A stretch of DNA of 64,000 nt from an uncultured Pelagibacteraceae bacterium (lineage in GTDB: Bacteria; Pseudomonadota; Alphaproteobacteria; Pelagibacterales; Pelagibacteraceae): assembly GCA_902596045.1 (NCBI GenBank), contig CACJSJ010000001.1, positions 136,351-200,350 on the forward strand, given 5' to 3'. The number at the start of each line of letters is the position of its first letter. Within the stretch, counting starts at the first letter, position 1. The notes under the pieces were generated by a model, which did not search any database, was not told the origin of the DNA, and was given only the letters and a program-made list of their open reading frames with translations. The translations under genes were made by a program, and so were the position numbers. Below, one piece after another: positions 30,961-42,427 of this stretch.

Positions 30961-31662
30961 ATGAGTAATATTAGATTATTTTTTTCAGCGGCATTATCGA
31001 CTGGCATGACTGATAAATTAGACAAGTCTCAATCACACTATTTAAACAAAGTAATGAGAGTAAAAGAAAATGAAGTTTTTTCATTATTTAATAGCGATGG
31101 TGAATGGGAAGCAAAAATTTTGAATATATCAAAAAGCATTATTGAATTTAAAACAACTAAACAATTAAGACAAAAAGAAAGTATGAAAGAGTTATGGTTA
31201 GCTTTTTCTCCAATTAAATCAAATTATCAAAACTTTATGATTCAAAAAGCAACAGAACTTGGTGTAACAAAATTTTTACCAATTATCTTTGATCGGACAG
31301 TTGTTAGAAAAATTAATAAAGAAAGATTAGAAAAAATAATTGTTGAGGCAAGCGAACAATCTAACCGTATTAATGTGCCGATGATTGAAGATGCTCAAGA
31401 TTTGAATAGTTTTTTAAAAACTAATTCGATAGATTTAATTTTCACAGACTTAAATTCAAATGATAATAAAATTGATAAATCAAAGCTTACAGACAAGCCA
31501 GTTTGTGTCATAGTAGGCCCAGAAGGTGATTTTTCAGAAGCTGAAAGGGAAAAGATACTTACTTTTAAAGGTGTTCAACCATTAAAGATTAATGAGAATA
31601 TTTTAAGATCAGAAACAGCTGTGATATCTACAATTTCAATCATAAACTATGTGATTAATTGA
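30961..31662 (+). CDS. rsmE: 16S rRNA m3U1498 methyltransferase
   Basis: QKATELGV, EASEQ, GPEGDF, ILRSETA. Confidence 0.95.
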   Translation: MSNIRLFFSAALSTGMTDKLDKSQSHYLNKVMRVKENEVFSLFNSDGEWEAKILNISKSIIEFKTTKQLRQKESMKELWLAFSPIKSNYQNFMIQKATELGVTKFLPIIFDRTVVRKINKERLEKIIVEASEQSNRINVPMIEDAQDLNSFLKTNSIDLIFTDLNSNDNKIDKSKLTDKPVCVIVGPEGDFSEAEREKILTFKGVQPLKINENILRSETAVISTISIINYVIN

Positions 31663-31721
31663 TAAATTGTCGCGAAAACTAAAGTGTAATTTCCATAAAA
31701 GAGCTTTATATAGCTAAGTAA

Positions 31722-34171
<2,450 letters not shown>

Positions 34172-34189
34172 TAAAAGAGTAAAAAATAA

Positions 34190-35101
34190 ATGAGCAATTC
34201 AAGGCTAAAAAAAAGAAGTTTAAGCCAGGAAGATTTATTTAATTTTTCCGAATTGTTTAAGTTAATGAAGCCAAGAGTAATGTCATTAGTGATTTTTACT
34301 TGTGCAGTTGGTTTATTAACTTCACCAAGTTTAATTTCCACAAAAGACGCAATAATAGGTATTTTATTAGTTTCATTAGGTGCTGGTGCTGCTGGCGCAC
34401 TAAACATGTGGTATGAATCTGATCTTGATGCTTTAATGACAAGAACTTGCTTAAGACCAATACCAACTGGAAAAGTTAATAGAAATCAAGCTCTAATTTT
34501 TGGGGTGATGTTATCTGTTATCTCTGTGGTGGCTCTAGATTATTTTACAAACCGAATTTCAGCTGGAATATTGCTTTTAACAATTTTATTTTATGTCTTT
34601 GTTTATACAGTATGGTTAAAAAGAAAAACTCCACAAAATATTGTTATTGGTGGGGCAGCGGGAGCTTTTCCGCCAGTTATTGGATGGACGATTGCAACAG
34701 GTTCTTTATCAATTGAACCCCTATCTTTCTTTTTGATAATATTTTTTTGGACACCATCACATTTTTGGGCTTTAAGTTTATATAAATCTGATGATTATAA
34801 AAAAGCAAACATACCCATGCTTCCTTTAACTAATGGAGTTGAAAGTACAAAGATTAATATTTTTATTTATTCTTTATTAATGTTACCTGTGATTATTTTT
34901 CCTTATTTTATAAATTTTGTAGGATTAGTTTTTTTGATTCCTTCATTAATATTAACTCTTTATTATAATTTATTATGTTATGATTTATATAATTTTAAAA
35001 AAAACAAATTTAACCCTAAAAAAGCAAAATCAATATTTGGATATTCTATCCTATATTTATTTTTAATTTTTGTGCTTTTTCTGATAGATAAGATTTTATG
35101 A
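34190..35101 (+). CDS. ctaB: Protoheme IX farnesyltransferase
   Basis: D..MTRT..RP, KRKTPQNIVIGG, WTPSHF. Confidence 0.96.
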   Translation: MSNSRLKKRSLSQEDLFNFSELFKLMKPRVMSLVIFTCAVGLLTSPSLISTKDAIIGILLVSLGAGAAGALNMWYESDLDALMTRTCLRPIPTGKVNRNQALIFGVMLSVISVVALDYFTNRISAGILLLTILFYVFVYTVWLKRKTPQNIVIGGAAGAFPPVIGWTIATGSLSIEPLSFFLIIFFWTPSHFWALSLYKSDDYKKANIPMLPLTNGVESTKINIFIYSLLMLPVIIFPYFINFVGLVFLIPSLILTLYYNLLCYDLYNFKKNKFNPKKAKSIFGYSILYLFLIFVLFLIDKIL

Positions 35102-35223
35102 TAATCCCAGATAAAAAAATGAAAAGAAAAAATATTCTTACAGCTCTTGCAATAATTGCTTTTATGATTTTTCTTTTCTTTTTTACTCTTTATAATACGG
35201 GAGTATTTGATAGAGCCTTATGA
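35098..35223 (+). CDS. 41-aa single-TM CoxF-like peptide MIIPDKKMKRKNILTALAIIAFMIFLFFFTLYNTGVFDRAL
   Basis: Manual translation; ATGA overlaps with both the ctaB stop and the ctaG start; basic-TM architecture at the coxF position. Confidence 0.75.
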   Translation: MIIPDKKMKRKNILTALAIIAFMIFLFFFTLYNTGVFDRAL

Positions 35224-35753
35224 TACAAAAAAAGAATTTAACACCTTTAATATTAGCTGGAATTTTTGTTTTAATGTTAGGATTATCTTATGCTGCAGTT
35301 CCTTTGTACGACCTCTTTTGTAGAGTGACGGGTTTTGGAGGAACTACACAAATATCCAATAATGCACCAAAAATAGTATTAAATAAAGTTGTAAGCGTTA
35401 GGTTTGATACTAATGTTAATAATTTACCCTGGGATTTTAAAGCCAAAACAAATGTAATTGATGTAAAAGTAGGTGAAGTTAACAAAATAGAGTTTGAAGT
35501 AGTGAACTACAGCGATGAACCTACTGCTGGAGTTGCAAGCTTTAATGTTTCACCAGCTAGTTTTGGAAAATATTATAGTAAGTTAGGTTGTTTTTGTTTT
35601 GAAAAACAGGAATTAAAAGCTGGAGAAAAAGCCAAATATATAATGACTTTTTATTTAGATCCCGAAATGGTCAATGATCCAACAACTAAAAATTTAGAAG
35701 ATGTAACTATGTCGTATACTTTTTTCTCGACAGATTATTATAAACAATCATAA
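35220..35753 (+). CDS. ctaG: Cytochrome c oxidase copper chaperone Cox11/CtaG
   Basis: VPLY..FC..TG.GG and CFCF. Confidence 0.96.
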   Translation: MIQKKNLTPLILAGIFVLMLGLSYAAVPLYDLFCRVTGFGGTTQISNNAPKIVLNKVVSVRFDTNVNNLPWDFKAKTNVIDVKVGEVNKIEFEVVNYSDEPTAGVASFNVSPASFGKYYSKLGCFCFEKQELKAGEKAKYIMTFYLDPEMVNDPTTKNLEDVTMSYTFFSTDYYKQS

Positions 35754-35762
35754 TCCAAAAAA

Positions 35763-36551
35763 ATGTCAGCTGAAAAAAAACACGATTACCATTTAGTAGA
35801 CCCAAGTCCATGGCCTATATATACTTCTTTTTCATGTTTAGTTTTGGCTATAGGATCAGTTTATTACTTTCATAGTGATGTTTCATGGGGAATGTACCTT
35901 GGACTAGCTCTATTAATTTATGGAGCATACATGTGGTTTAGAGACGTTGTTATAGAGGCTGAACATCAAGGACATCATACGCCAGTAGTTCAAATTCATC
36001 ACCGATATGGAATGACATTATTTATTGCCTCAGAGGTAATGTTTTTTGTAGCATGGTTTTGGGCTTACTTTGATGTTAGTCTTTTTCCAAATGAATTTGT
36101 TGGAAATGTTTGGCCACCAAAAGATATTGAAACTTTTGATCCTTGGGACATTCCATTAATTAATACACTAGTCTTACTATTATCAGGAACAACAGTGACT
36201 TGGTCTCATCATGCTCTTTTAGAAGATGATAGAAAGAGTTTTATTCAAGGTTTATGGTTGACTGTTATCTTAGGGTTTTGTTTTACTCTTCTGCAAATTT
36301 ATGAGTATCAACATGCATCATTTTCTTTTGCAAACCATATCTATGGATCAGTATTTTACATGGCAACAGGATTTCACGGCTTCCATGTTCTTGTTGGAAC
36401 TATATTTCTAGCAGTATGTCTGTTTAGAGGTAAAAGAGGACATTTTAATAAAGATCATCATTTTGGTTTTGAAGCAGCAGCTTGGTATTGGCATTTTGTT
36501 GACGTAGTGTGGTTATTTTTGTTTGCTGCAATCTATATTTGGGGAAGTTAA
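35763..36551 (+). CDS. coxC: Cytochrome c oxidase subunit III
   Basis: PSPWP, SEVMFF, TGFHGFHV, WYWHFVD. Confidence 0.98.
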   Translation: MSAEKKHDYHLVDPSPWPIYTSFSCLVLAIGSVYYFHSDVSWGMYLGLALLIYGAYMWFRDVVIEAEHQGHHTPVVQIHHRYGMTLFIASEVMFFVAWFWAYFDVSLFPNEFVGNVWPPKDIETFDPWDIPLINTLVLLLSGTTVTWSHHALLEDDRKSFIQGLWLTVILGFCFTLLQIYEYQHASFSFANHIYGSVFYMATGFHGFHVLVGTIFLAVCLFRGKRGHFNKDHHFGFEAAAWYWHFVDVVWLFLFAAIYIWGS

Positions 36552-36560
36552 TTTTTATCT

Positions 36561-37214
36561 TTGAAACACAAGTTTTTATTTTCAGTATTTGTAATTTTTT
36601 TTATTTTGGTTTTTGTTGCTTTAGGTTCATGGCAAATTGTTCGTTTAAATTGGAAGAACAATTTAATATTAGAAATTGAAAATTCTTTAAAAAAACCACC
36701 TGTAGAATTAACAAATTCTATTGTAGAAAATTATCTTAAAATAAAAACATCAGGGTTAATTGATTTAGAGAAACAAATTTATTTATACAATCTAAATGAT
36801 GCAGGAACGCCAGGCTTTGAGGTTATAAATCCAATTTTAATTAATGACACTAATTATTTGATTAATAGAGGCTGGATACCTTTTGAAAAAAAAAACTCTC
36901 AAGAGATTAATGTATTTGATGAAAATGATATTATTGGAACTTTAAAATTACAAGGAAGAAAAAATATTTTTAAACCAGATAATGATTTAGAGGAAAATTA
37001 TTGGTTTAGTTTAAATAGAGAGGACATATTAAAATTTACAGGCAAAGAATTCTCTAAATATATAATTTATTTAAATGGAAATTATCAAGTTCCTAAACCA
37101 AAAAAGATTACTGCCAATATTTCTAATAATCATCAAAAATATGCCCTTACTTGGTTTTCATTAGCGATTTCAATTCTTTTGTTATATTTGTATTTTAGAA
37201 AAAAGAATTATTAA
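36561..37214 (+). CDS. surf1: SURF1-family oxidase assembly protein (TTG start)
   Basis: LGSWQ..R..WK, NRGW, N.H..YA.TW. Confidence 0.92.
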   Translation: MKHKFLFSVFVIFFILVFVALGSWQIVRLNWKNNLILEIENSLKKPPVELTNSIVENYLKIKTSGLIDLEKQIYLYNLNDAGTPGFEVINPILINDTNYLINRGWIPFEKKNSQEINVFDENDIIGTLKLQGRKNIFKPDNDLEENYWFSLNREDILKFTGKEFSKYIIYLNGNYQVPKPKKITANISNNHQKYALTWFSLAISILLLYLYFRKKNY

Positions 37215-38588
37215 ATGAATTATATTAGTACAAGAAATAATCAGAAAAACTTTACTTTTAAAGATGTTTTCCTTAAAGGCCTGGCAGATGATGGAGGTCT
37301 CTTTGTTCCTAAATCAATTAAACAATTTAAAAAAGAGGAATTAGATAATCTAAAAAACCTTAGTTACAATGATTTAGCTGCTGAAATAATTTATCCATTT
37401 ATAGGAGATTTTATGTCTAAAGATGACCTAGTCTTGATGATTTCAAAATCGTACTCAAATTTCAGATCTAATGATGTTGTAAAAATCTCTGATCTAGGAG
37501 ATCTAAAAGTTTTAGAACTATTTCATGGTCCAACACTTGCTTTTAAAGATATCGCTATGCAATTAATAGGCAATTTTTATCAATATCATTTAGGACGTGA
37601 TCAAAAAAAAATTAATATTATAGTAGCAACTTCAGGTGACACTGGTGCAGCTGCTATAGATGCCTTAAAAGGAAAAAGTAATTTAAATGTTTTTGTATTA
37701 CACCCAAATAATAAAATTTCACCAGTGCAAAGAAGACTAATGACAATACATGAAGAGAGTAACGTATTTAATATTGCAGTAGAAGGTAATTTTGATGATT
37801 GTCAAAATTTAGTAAAAGCAATGTTCAACGACGAAAAATTTTCTAAAGGAATTAATATGTCGGGTGTAAATTCAATTAATTGGGCGAGAATTATTGCTCA
37901 ATCGGTGTATTATTTTTACGCTTATTTCAAAGTTGGAAATGGTCAACCTTTATCTTTTTCTGTTCCAACAGGTAACTTTGGTGATATTTATGCAGGTTAC
38001 TTAGCGAAAAAACTAGGTCTTCCGATTGACAAACTAATCGTAGCTACAAATAAAAATGACATACTTCACAGAGCAATTTCGGGTGGAGACTATAGTCAAA
38101 AGAAAGTCGAGGAAACAAATACTCCAAGTATGGATATACAAATAGCAAGTAATTTCGAAAGACTTTTATACGACGTGAAAGATTGTAACTCAGAAGTTAC
38201 AAAGAATGTAATGGCTAAAATAAAAGATAATACTTATAAAATTGATAAAAACGATTTAAATAAAATAAAAAAGAATTTTATATCTGAAATGCTTGATGAA
38301 AACGAAACTGTTGAAATGATAAAAACTATCAATGATAAACATCAGATGGTAGTCGATCCGCACACTGCAGTAGGTATTGGCGCTGTAAGAAAATTAGGAT
38401 TGGAAAAAAATTGTGTTGTTTTATCAACTGCACATCCGTGTAAATTTCCAAAAGCAATAGAAGACGCAATTTCAAAAACGGAAAATTTACCAGAAAGTCT
38501 TAAGTATGTTAATGACAGAAAAGAAAAATTTGAACTTCTCTCAAATGATATTGAAAAAGTCAAAAAATATGTAATGAATTCGATATGA
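37215..38588 (+). CDS. thrC: Threonine synthase
   Basis: YISTR, FHGPTLAFKD, ATSGDTG, NSINWAR, PTGNFG. Confidence 0.97.
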   Translation: MNYISTRNNQKNFTFKDVFLKGLADDGGLFVPKSIKQFKKEELDNLKNLSYNDLAAEIIYPFIGDFMSKDDLVLMISKSYSNFRSNDVVKISDLGDLKVLELFHGPTLAFKDIAMQLIGNFYQYHLGRDQKKINIIVATSGDTGAAAIDALKGKSNLNVFVLHPNNKISPVQRRLMTIHEESNVFNIAVEGNFDDCQNLVKAMFNDEKFSKGINMSGVNSINWARIIAQSVYYFYAYFKVGNGQPLSFSVPTGNFGDIYAGYLAKKLGLPIDKLIVATNKNDILHRAISGGDYSQKKVEETNTPSMDIQIASNFERLLYDVKDCNSEVTKNVMAKIKDNTYKIDKNDLNKIKKNFISEMLDENETVEMIKTINDKHQMVVDPHTAVGIGAVRKLGLEKNCVVLSTAHPCKFPKAIEDAISKTENLPESLKYVNDRKEKFELLSNDIEKVKKYVMNSI

Positions 38589-39073
38589 AACTTAAAATAA
38601 AAGATCAATTACCAGACACAGAGATTTTTCAGCTTGTTGATGGAGAGCCTCAAAAAAGCAAATTAAGAGAAACTATTGGTGATGGTAAAGTTGTTTTGTT
38701 TGGTTTACCTGGGGCATTTACATCAACTTGCTCCAAACTTCACCTACCAGGTTTTGTAGCAAATGCAGATAAAATCAAAGCAAAAGGAATAGAAAATATA
38801 TTTTGTTTATCAGTAAATGATCCTTATGTGATGAATGGCTGGGGAGAGATTAATAATACTGCAGATAAAATTAAAATGTTATCTGATCCATATTTATTAT
38901 TTACTAAAGCAATTGGAGCAGAAGTTAATCGTAATGCAAAAGGAATGGGGATTAGATCAAATCGTTATTTAATGGTGATTGAAAATTTCACAATTATTAA
39001 TATTCATGTTGAAAAAGAAACTAAAGAATGTGGTTTAACTTCAGCAGAGAACTTATTGAATAATCTAATCTAG
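38585..39073 (+). CDS. Peroxiredoxin (Prx5/type II)
   Basis: PGAFTSTCS..HLP, VNDPYVM..W. Confidence 0.93.
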   Translation: MKLKIKDQLPDTEIFQLVDGEPQKSKLRETIGDGKVVLFGLPGAFTSTCSKLHLPGFVANADKIKAKGIENIFCLSVNDPYVMNGWGEINNTADKIKMLSDPYLLFTKAIGAEVNRNAKGMGIRSNRYLMVIENFTIINIHVEKETKECGLTSAENLLNNLI

Positions 39074-39075
39074 GC

Positions 39076-39105
39076 AGGGCAGTTCTGTTGCCAGGTTCCC
39101 TAACT
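39076..39105 (-). repeat. Copy 1 of a 30-bp direct repeat; GNRA-capped hairpin on the minus strand
   Basis: agggcagttctgttgccaggttccctaact; 27/30 identical to 40058-40087. Confidence 0.9.
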
Positions 39106-39231
39106 TTGTTTTTTTATAGTATCGTTTAACTAAAAAAGACAATTATTACATTATCTTATATGTGAAAATATATTATTATATTTGTTTTAATATATTGTGT
39201 AAATGATTATAAATTTATATCAAAAAAACAA

Positions 39232-40056
39232 ATGTTTTATAAATTAAAAATTTTTATATTGCGAATTATTGGATATGATAAACCTTTACGTACAGCGTTT
39301 TTAAAATATTTATCTTTAAAATTTAAAACGTTTCGTCCTCATTATGAATCTATTTTGTTAGAAAGCACAAAAGAAGCAAAAAAACTTGGATATAGAGAAA
39401 TATCTGTTTTGGAACTTGGAGTTGCGGGAGGTAATGGAATTATAAGTTTAGAGAATTACAAAAAAAAAATAGAAAAACTAACCGGTGTTAAGATAAATGT
39501 TTTTGGTTTTGATTATGGTGAGGGTTTGCCATCTTCAAAAAATCAATTTGATTTACCTTTTTTATGGTCTGATGGAGATTACAAAGTTGATAAAGAAAAA
39601 TTAAAAAAAAAAACTAATAGTAAAATTTTTTTTGGAAATATAGATAAAACTTTTCAATCATTTATTGAAACTAATCCTTTCAAAATTTCAGCAATATTTT
39701 TTGATTTTGATTATTACACCTCAACAAAAAGTTTTTTAAACCAAATCCCAAAAAATAAAGATTTTTTTTGTCCTAGAGTTTATTGCTATTTTGACGATGT
39801 GTTTTCAATAAATCATCATATTAATGAACATAATGGAGAACTTTTAGCAATTAAAGAATTTAACAATGAAAATGATAAAATCAAAATTGGTAAAAGTTTA
39901 GCAAATTTAGTTGATTTTAAATTTCCTTTAGGTGCTGAAAAATTATTTGTTTTACACAATTTTACACATAATGATTATTTGAAAAATTTAGATTACAAGG
40001 ATCACAAATCTAATTTAGATATTGGTGACCATAAAGCAGGGAGTCTGTTAGATTAA
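39232..40056 (+). CDS. TylF/MycF-like SAM-dependent O-methyltransferase (accessory gene)
   Basis: LELGVAGG, GFDYGEGLP, DFDYYTST, YFDD, GE..AI.EF motifs. Confidence 0.7.
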   Translation: MFYKLKIFILRIIGYDKPLRTAFLKYLSLKFKTFRPHYESILLESTKEAKKLGYREISVLELGVAGGNGIISLENYKKKIEKLTGVKINVFGFDYGEGLPSSKNQFDLPFLWSDGDYKVDKEKLKKKTNSKIFFGNIDKTFQSFIETNPFKISAIFFDFDYYTSTKSFLNQIPKNKDFFCPRVYCYFDDVFSINHHINEHNGELLAIKEFNNENDKIKIGKSLANLVDFKFPLGAEKLFVLHNFTHNDYLKNLDYKDHKSNLDIGDHKAGSLLD

Positions 40057-40057
40057 T

Positions 40058-40087
40058 AGGGCAGTTTTGTTGCCAGGTACCCCAACT
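40058..40087 (-). repeat. Copy 2 of the 30-bp direct repeat, overlapping the rnhA stop
   Basis: agggcagttttgttgccaggtaccccaact. Confidence 0.9.
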
Positions 40088-40508
40088 ATAAATTGGCAGC
40101 ATCTTTAGCGAGTAAATCTACTTGATTATTTAATTCATCAGTTGAATGGGCTTTTACCCAATTCCAACTTATTTCAAACTCATTATTTAGTAGATCTAGT
40201 TCTGTCCAAAGTGCTTTATTGCTTACTTCTTTTTTGTTTGCAGTTTTCCATCCATTTTTTTTCCAATTGTGTATCCACTCTGTTATTCCAGACTTTACAT
40301 ATCTAGAGTCAGTAAAAATTTGAACTTTGCTCCCTTTTGGGATTTTTTTAAGAGCCTCTATAGGTGCTAATAATTCCATCTGATTATTTGTAGTATCTTT
40401 TTTACTTCCTTTTATTTCAGTTTTTTCCCCTTCATTTAATATTATTGCTGCCCAACCACCTTTGCCTGGATTACCAAGACATGAACCATCAGTATAAATT
40501 TTTATCAT
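40086..40508 (-). CDS. rnhA: Ribonuclease HI
   Basis: YTDGSCLGNPG, TTNNQMEL, TDS, WVKAH. Confidence 0.96.
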   Translation of the reverse strand: MIKIYTDGSCLGNPGKGGWAAIILNEGEKTEIKGSKKDTTNNQMELLAPIEALKKIPKGSKVQIFTDSRYVKSGITEWIHNWKKNGWKTANKKEVSNKALWTELDLLNNEFEISWNWVKAHSTDELNNQVDLLAKDAANL

Positions 40509-41473
40509 TATTTTAAATAATCTTTATAATTCTTTAAATTATTGTGTATTATTAGCTTTTGATAATACTCTCTTGGATCTTTAATTTTTATAAGTGCTGT
40601 CTTAGGTGTATTTGTATAGTCATAAAGTCTAGTAAGAAAATATCTGATTGCAGCACCTCTACACAAAATATTTAATGACTTTTTTTCTTTAGCAGAAATT
40701 TTTTTAATATTTTCATAACCTTTAATTAAATTTCTTATCTTTTGTTTATTAATTTTGAATTTTGAGTTTATCTTATCAAAGCATAAAGCATTAATACAAA
40801 TAGCAATCTCGTACATAAAATAATCATTTGCAGCAAAGTAAAAATCAATAATTCCTGATAATTTGTTATTTTTAAAAAAAATATTATCTATAAACAAATC
40901 TCCATGAATGATACCTTTTGGTAATTTTTTGGGCCATTTTTTTTTAATATCTTTAAAGTTATTTTTCAAAAATTTTTCTAAATTAGTAAATTTTTTTGAT
41001 TTAAATTTTATACTATTCAATAAAGGATTAAGATTTTTAACACCCATAGAGTTTTTTCTATAAAGTTTAATTTTGCTCGTAGATAAATGCATTTTTGCAA
41101 TCATTTTTCCTATCTCATAACAATTTTTTGGGTTAAGAGATTTTTTATCTCTTCCATTAAGAAAAGAAACAATACAAGCAGATTTATTTTTGATGTTTAT
41201 TAGGTAGTTTCCACTTTTTTTTTTGATAGGTTTTGGACAATTAATTTTGTACGTATTTAATTGATCCATTAGTTTCATAAAAAATGGTATATCTTTTTTA
41301 GAAACCCTTTTTTCAAAAATTGTTAGTATGAATTTATTTTTTTTTGATTTTAATAAATAATTTGTATTTTCAATTCCTTGCTTGATCCCTTTAAAATCTA
41401 TGATTTTTTCTGTCTCAAATTTTTTATTAATATAAGAAATATCTCTTTTATCTATTTTTGTATAAACAGCCAT
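40508..41473 (-). CDS. thrB: Homoserine kinase (type II, APH-like)
   Basis: MAVYT, GIENTNY, IHGDLFIDN, RYFLTRLYD. Confidence 0.93.
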   Translation of the reverse strand: MAVYTKIDKRDISYINKKFETEKIIDFKGIKQGIENTNYLLKSKKNKFILTIFEKRVSKKDIPFFMKLMDQLNTYKINCPKPIKKKSGNYLINIKNKSACIVSFLNGRDKKSLNPKNCYEIGKMIAKMHLSTSKIKLYRKNSMGVKNLNPLLNSIKFKSKKFTNLEKFLKNNFKDIKKKWPKKLPKGIIHGDLFIDNIFFKNNKLSGIIDFYFAANDYFMYEIAICINALCFDKINSKFKINKQKIRNLIKGYENIKKISAKEKKSLNILCRGAAIRYFLTRLYDYTNTPKTALIKIKDPREYYQKLIIHNNLKNYKDYLK

Positions 41474-42427
41474 TTAATTTAATCTTTTTGGAACTTTGAA
41501 AACAACGTTTTCTTTAATAATTTCTACTTCATCTATACTAACTGTAAATCTATTTTTTAATTCGTTTATAAAATTATCAACCAATATCTCAGGTGCCGAA
41601 GCTCCAGAGGAAATACCAATTACATTGGAATTTTGAATTAAATCGAATGGAATTTCACTTTGCGAATGAATTAATTGTGAATTTGAACAGCCTGATTTTT
41701 TAGCTACCTCAACCAATCTGACAGAATTAGAGGAATTTCTACTACCTATAACAAAAAATAAATCACATTTTTTTGCTATTTTTTTAACAGCCATTTGTCT
41801 ATTTGTTGTGGCATAACAAATATCTTCTTTTGCTGGTTCTTTAATTTCTGGGAATTTATCTTTTAAAATTCTTATTATATCCTTTGTATCATCAACAGAT
41901 AAAGTTGTTTGAGTAACATAAGAAATTTTTTTATTATTTTTGTGTTCATATTTTTTAGCCTCATCTTCATTTTGAATAAGGTCGATAGAACCTGCTGGTA
42001 GTTGACCCATAGTTCCAATAACTTCTGGATGATTTTGGTGACCTATTAAAACTAAATGATACCCAGCTTTATTTAAATTCTCAGCTTCTCTATGCACTTT
42101 TGAAACTAAAGGACATGTAGCATCAACATAAGTCATATTATAGTCCTTTGCATCCTTTGGTATTTTTTTTGGAACACCATGTGCTGAAAAGATGACTGGT
42201 CTTGATTTATCTTCTATCTCCTCAAGCTCTTCTACAAAGATAGCTCCTTTGCTTTTTAAATCATCCACTACAAATTTGTTATGAACTATTTCATGACGAA
42301 CATAAACCGGGGCTCCATATTTTTGGATAGATTTTTCAACAATTTCTATAGCTCTTTCTACGCCAGCACAGAAACCTCTAGGGGCAGACAATAATATTTT
42401 TAATTCTTTATTTTTCATTTTTTTCAA
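41474..42427 (-). CDS. ispH: 4-hydroxy-3-methylbut-2-enyl diphosphate reductase
   Basis: PRGFCAGV, DATCPLV, ICYAT, SSNS. Confidence 0.97.
   Translation of the reverse strand: MKKMKNKELKILLSAPRGFCAGVERAIEIVEKSIQKYGAPVYVRHEIVHNKFVVDDLKSKGAIFVEELEEIEDKSRPVIFSAHGVPKKIPKDAKDYNMTYVDATCPLVSKVHREAENLNKAGYHLVLIGHQNHPEVIGTMGQLPAGSIDLIQNEDEAKKYEHKNNKKISYVTQTTLSVDDTKDIIRILKDKFPEIKEPAKEDICYATTNRQMAVKKIAKKCDLFFVIGSRNSSNSVRLVEVAKKSGCSNSQLIHSQSEIPFDLIQNSNVIGISSGASAPEILVDNFINELKNRFTVSIDEVEIIKENVVFKVPKRLN

Noticed and set aside
39076-39105. H-type pseudoknot reading (AGUU/AACU with AGGG/CCCU)
   Set aside because: Connecting loops would be 0 and 1 nt, which is sterically implausible; the nested hairpin is preferred.
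39076-40087. The 30-bp repeats as a CRISPR array or integron attC sites
   Set aside because: Only two copies about 1 kb apart, no cas or intI gene, and too short for attC with no complete RYYYAAC...GTTRRRY pair framing the element.
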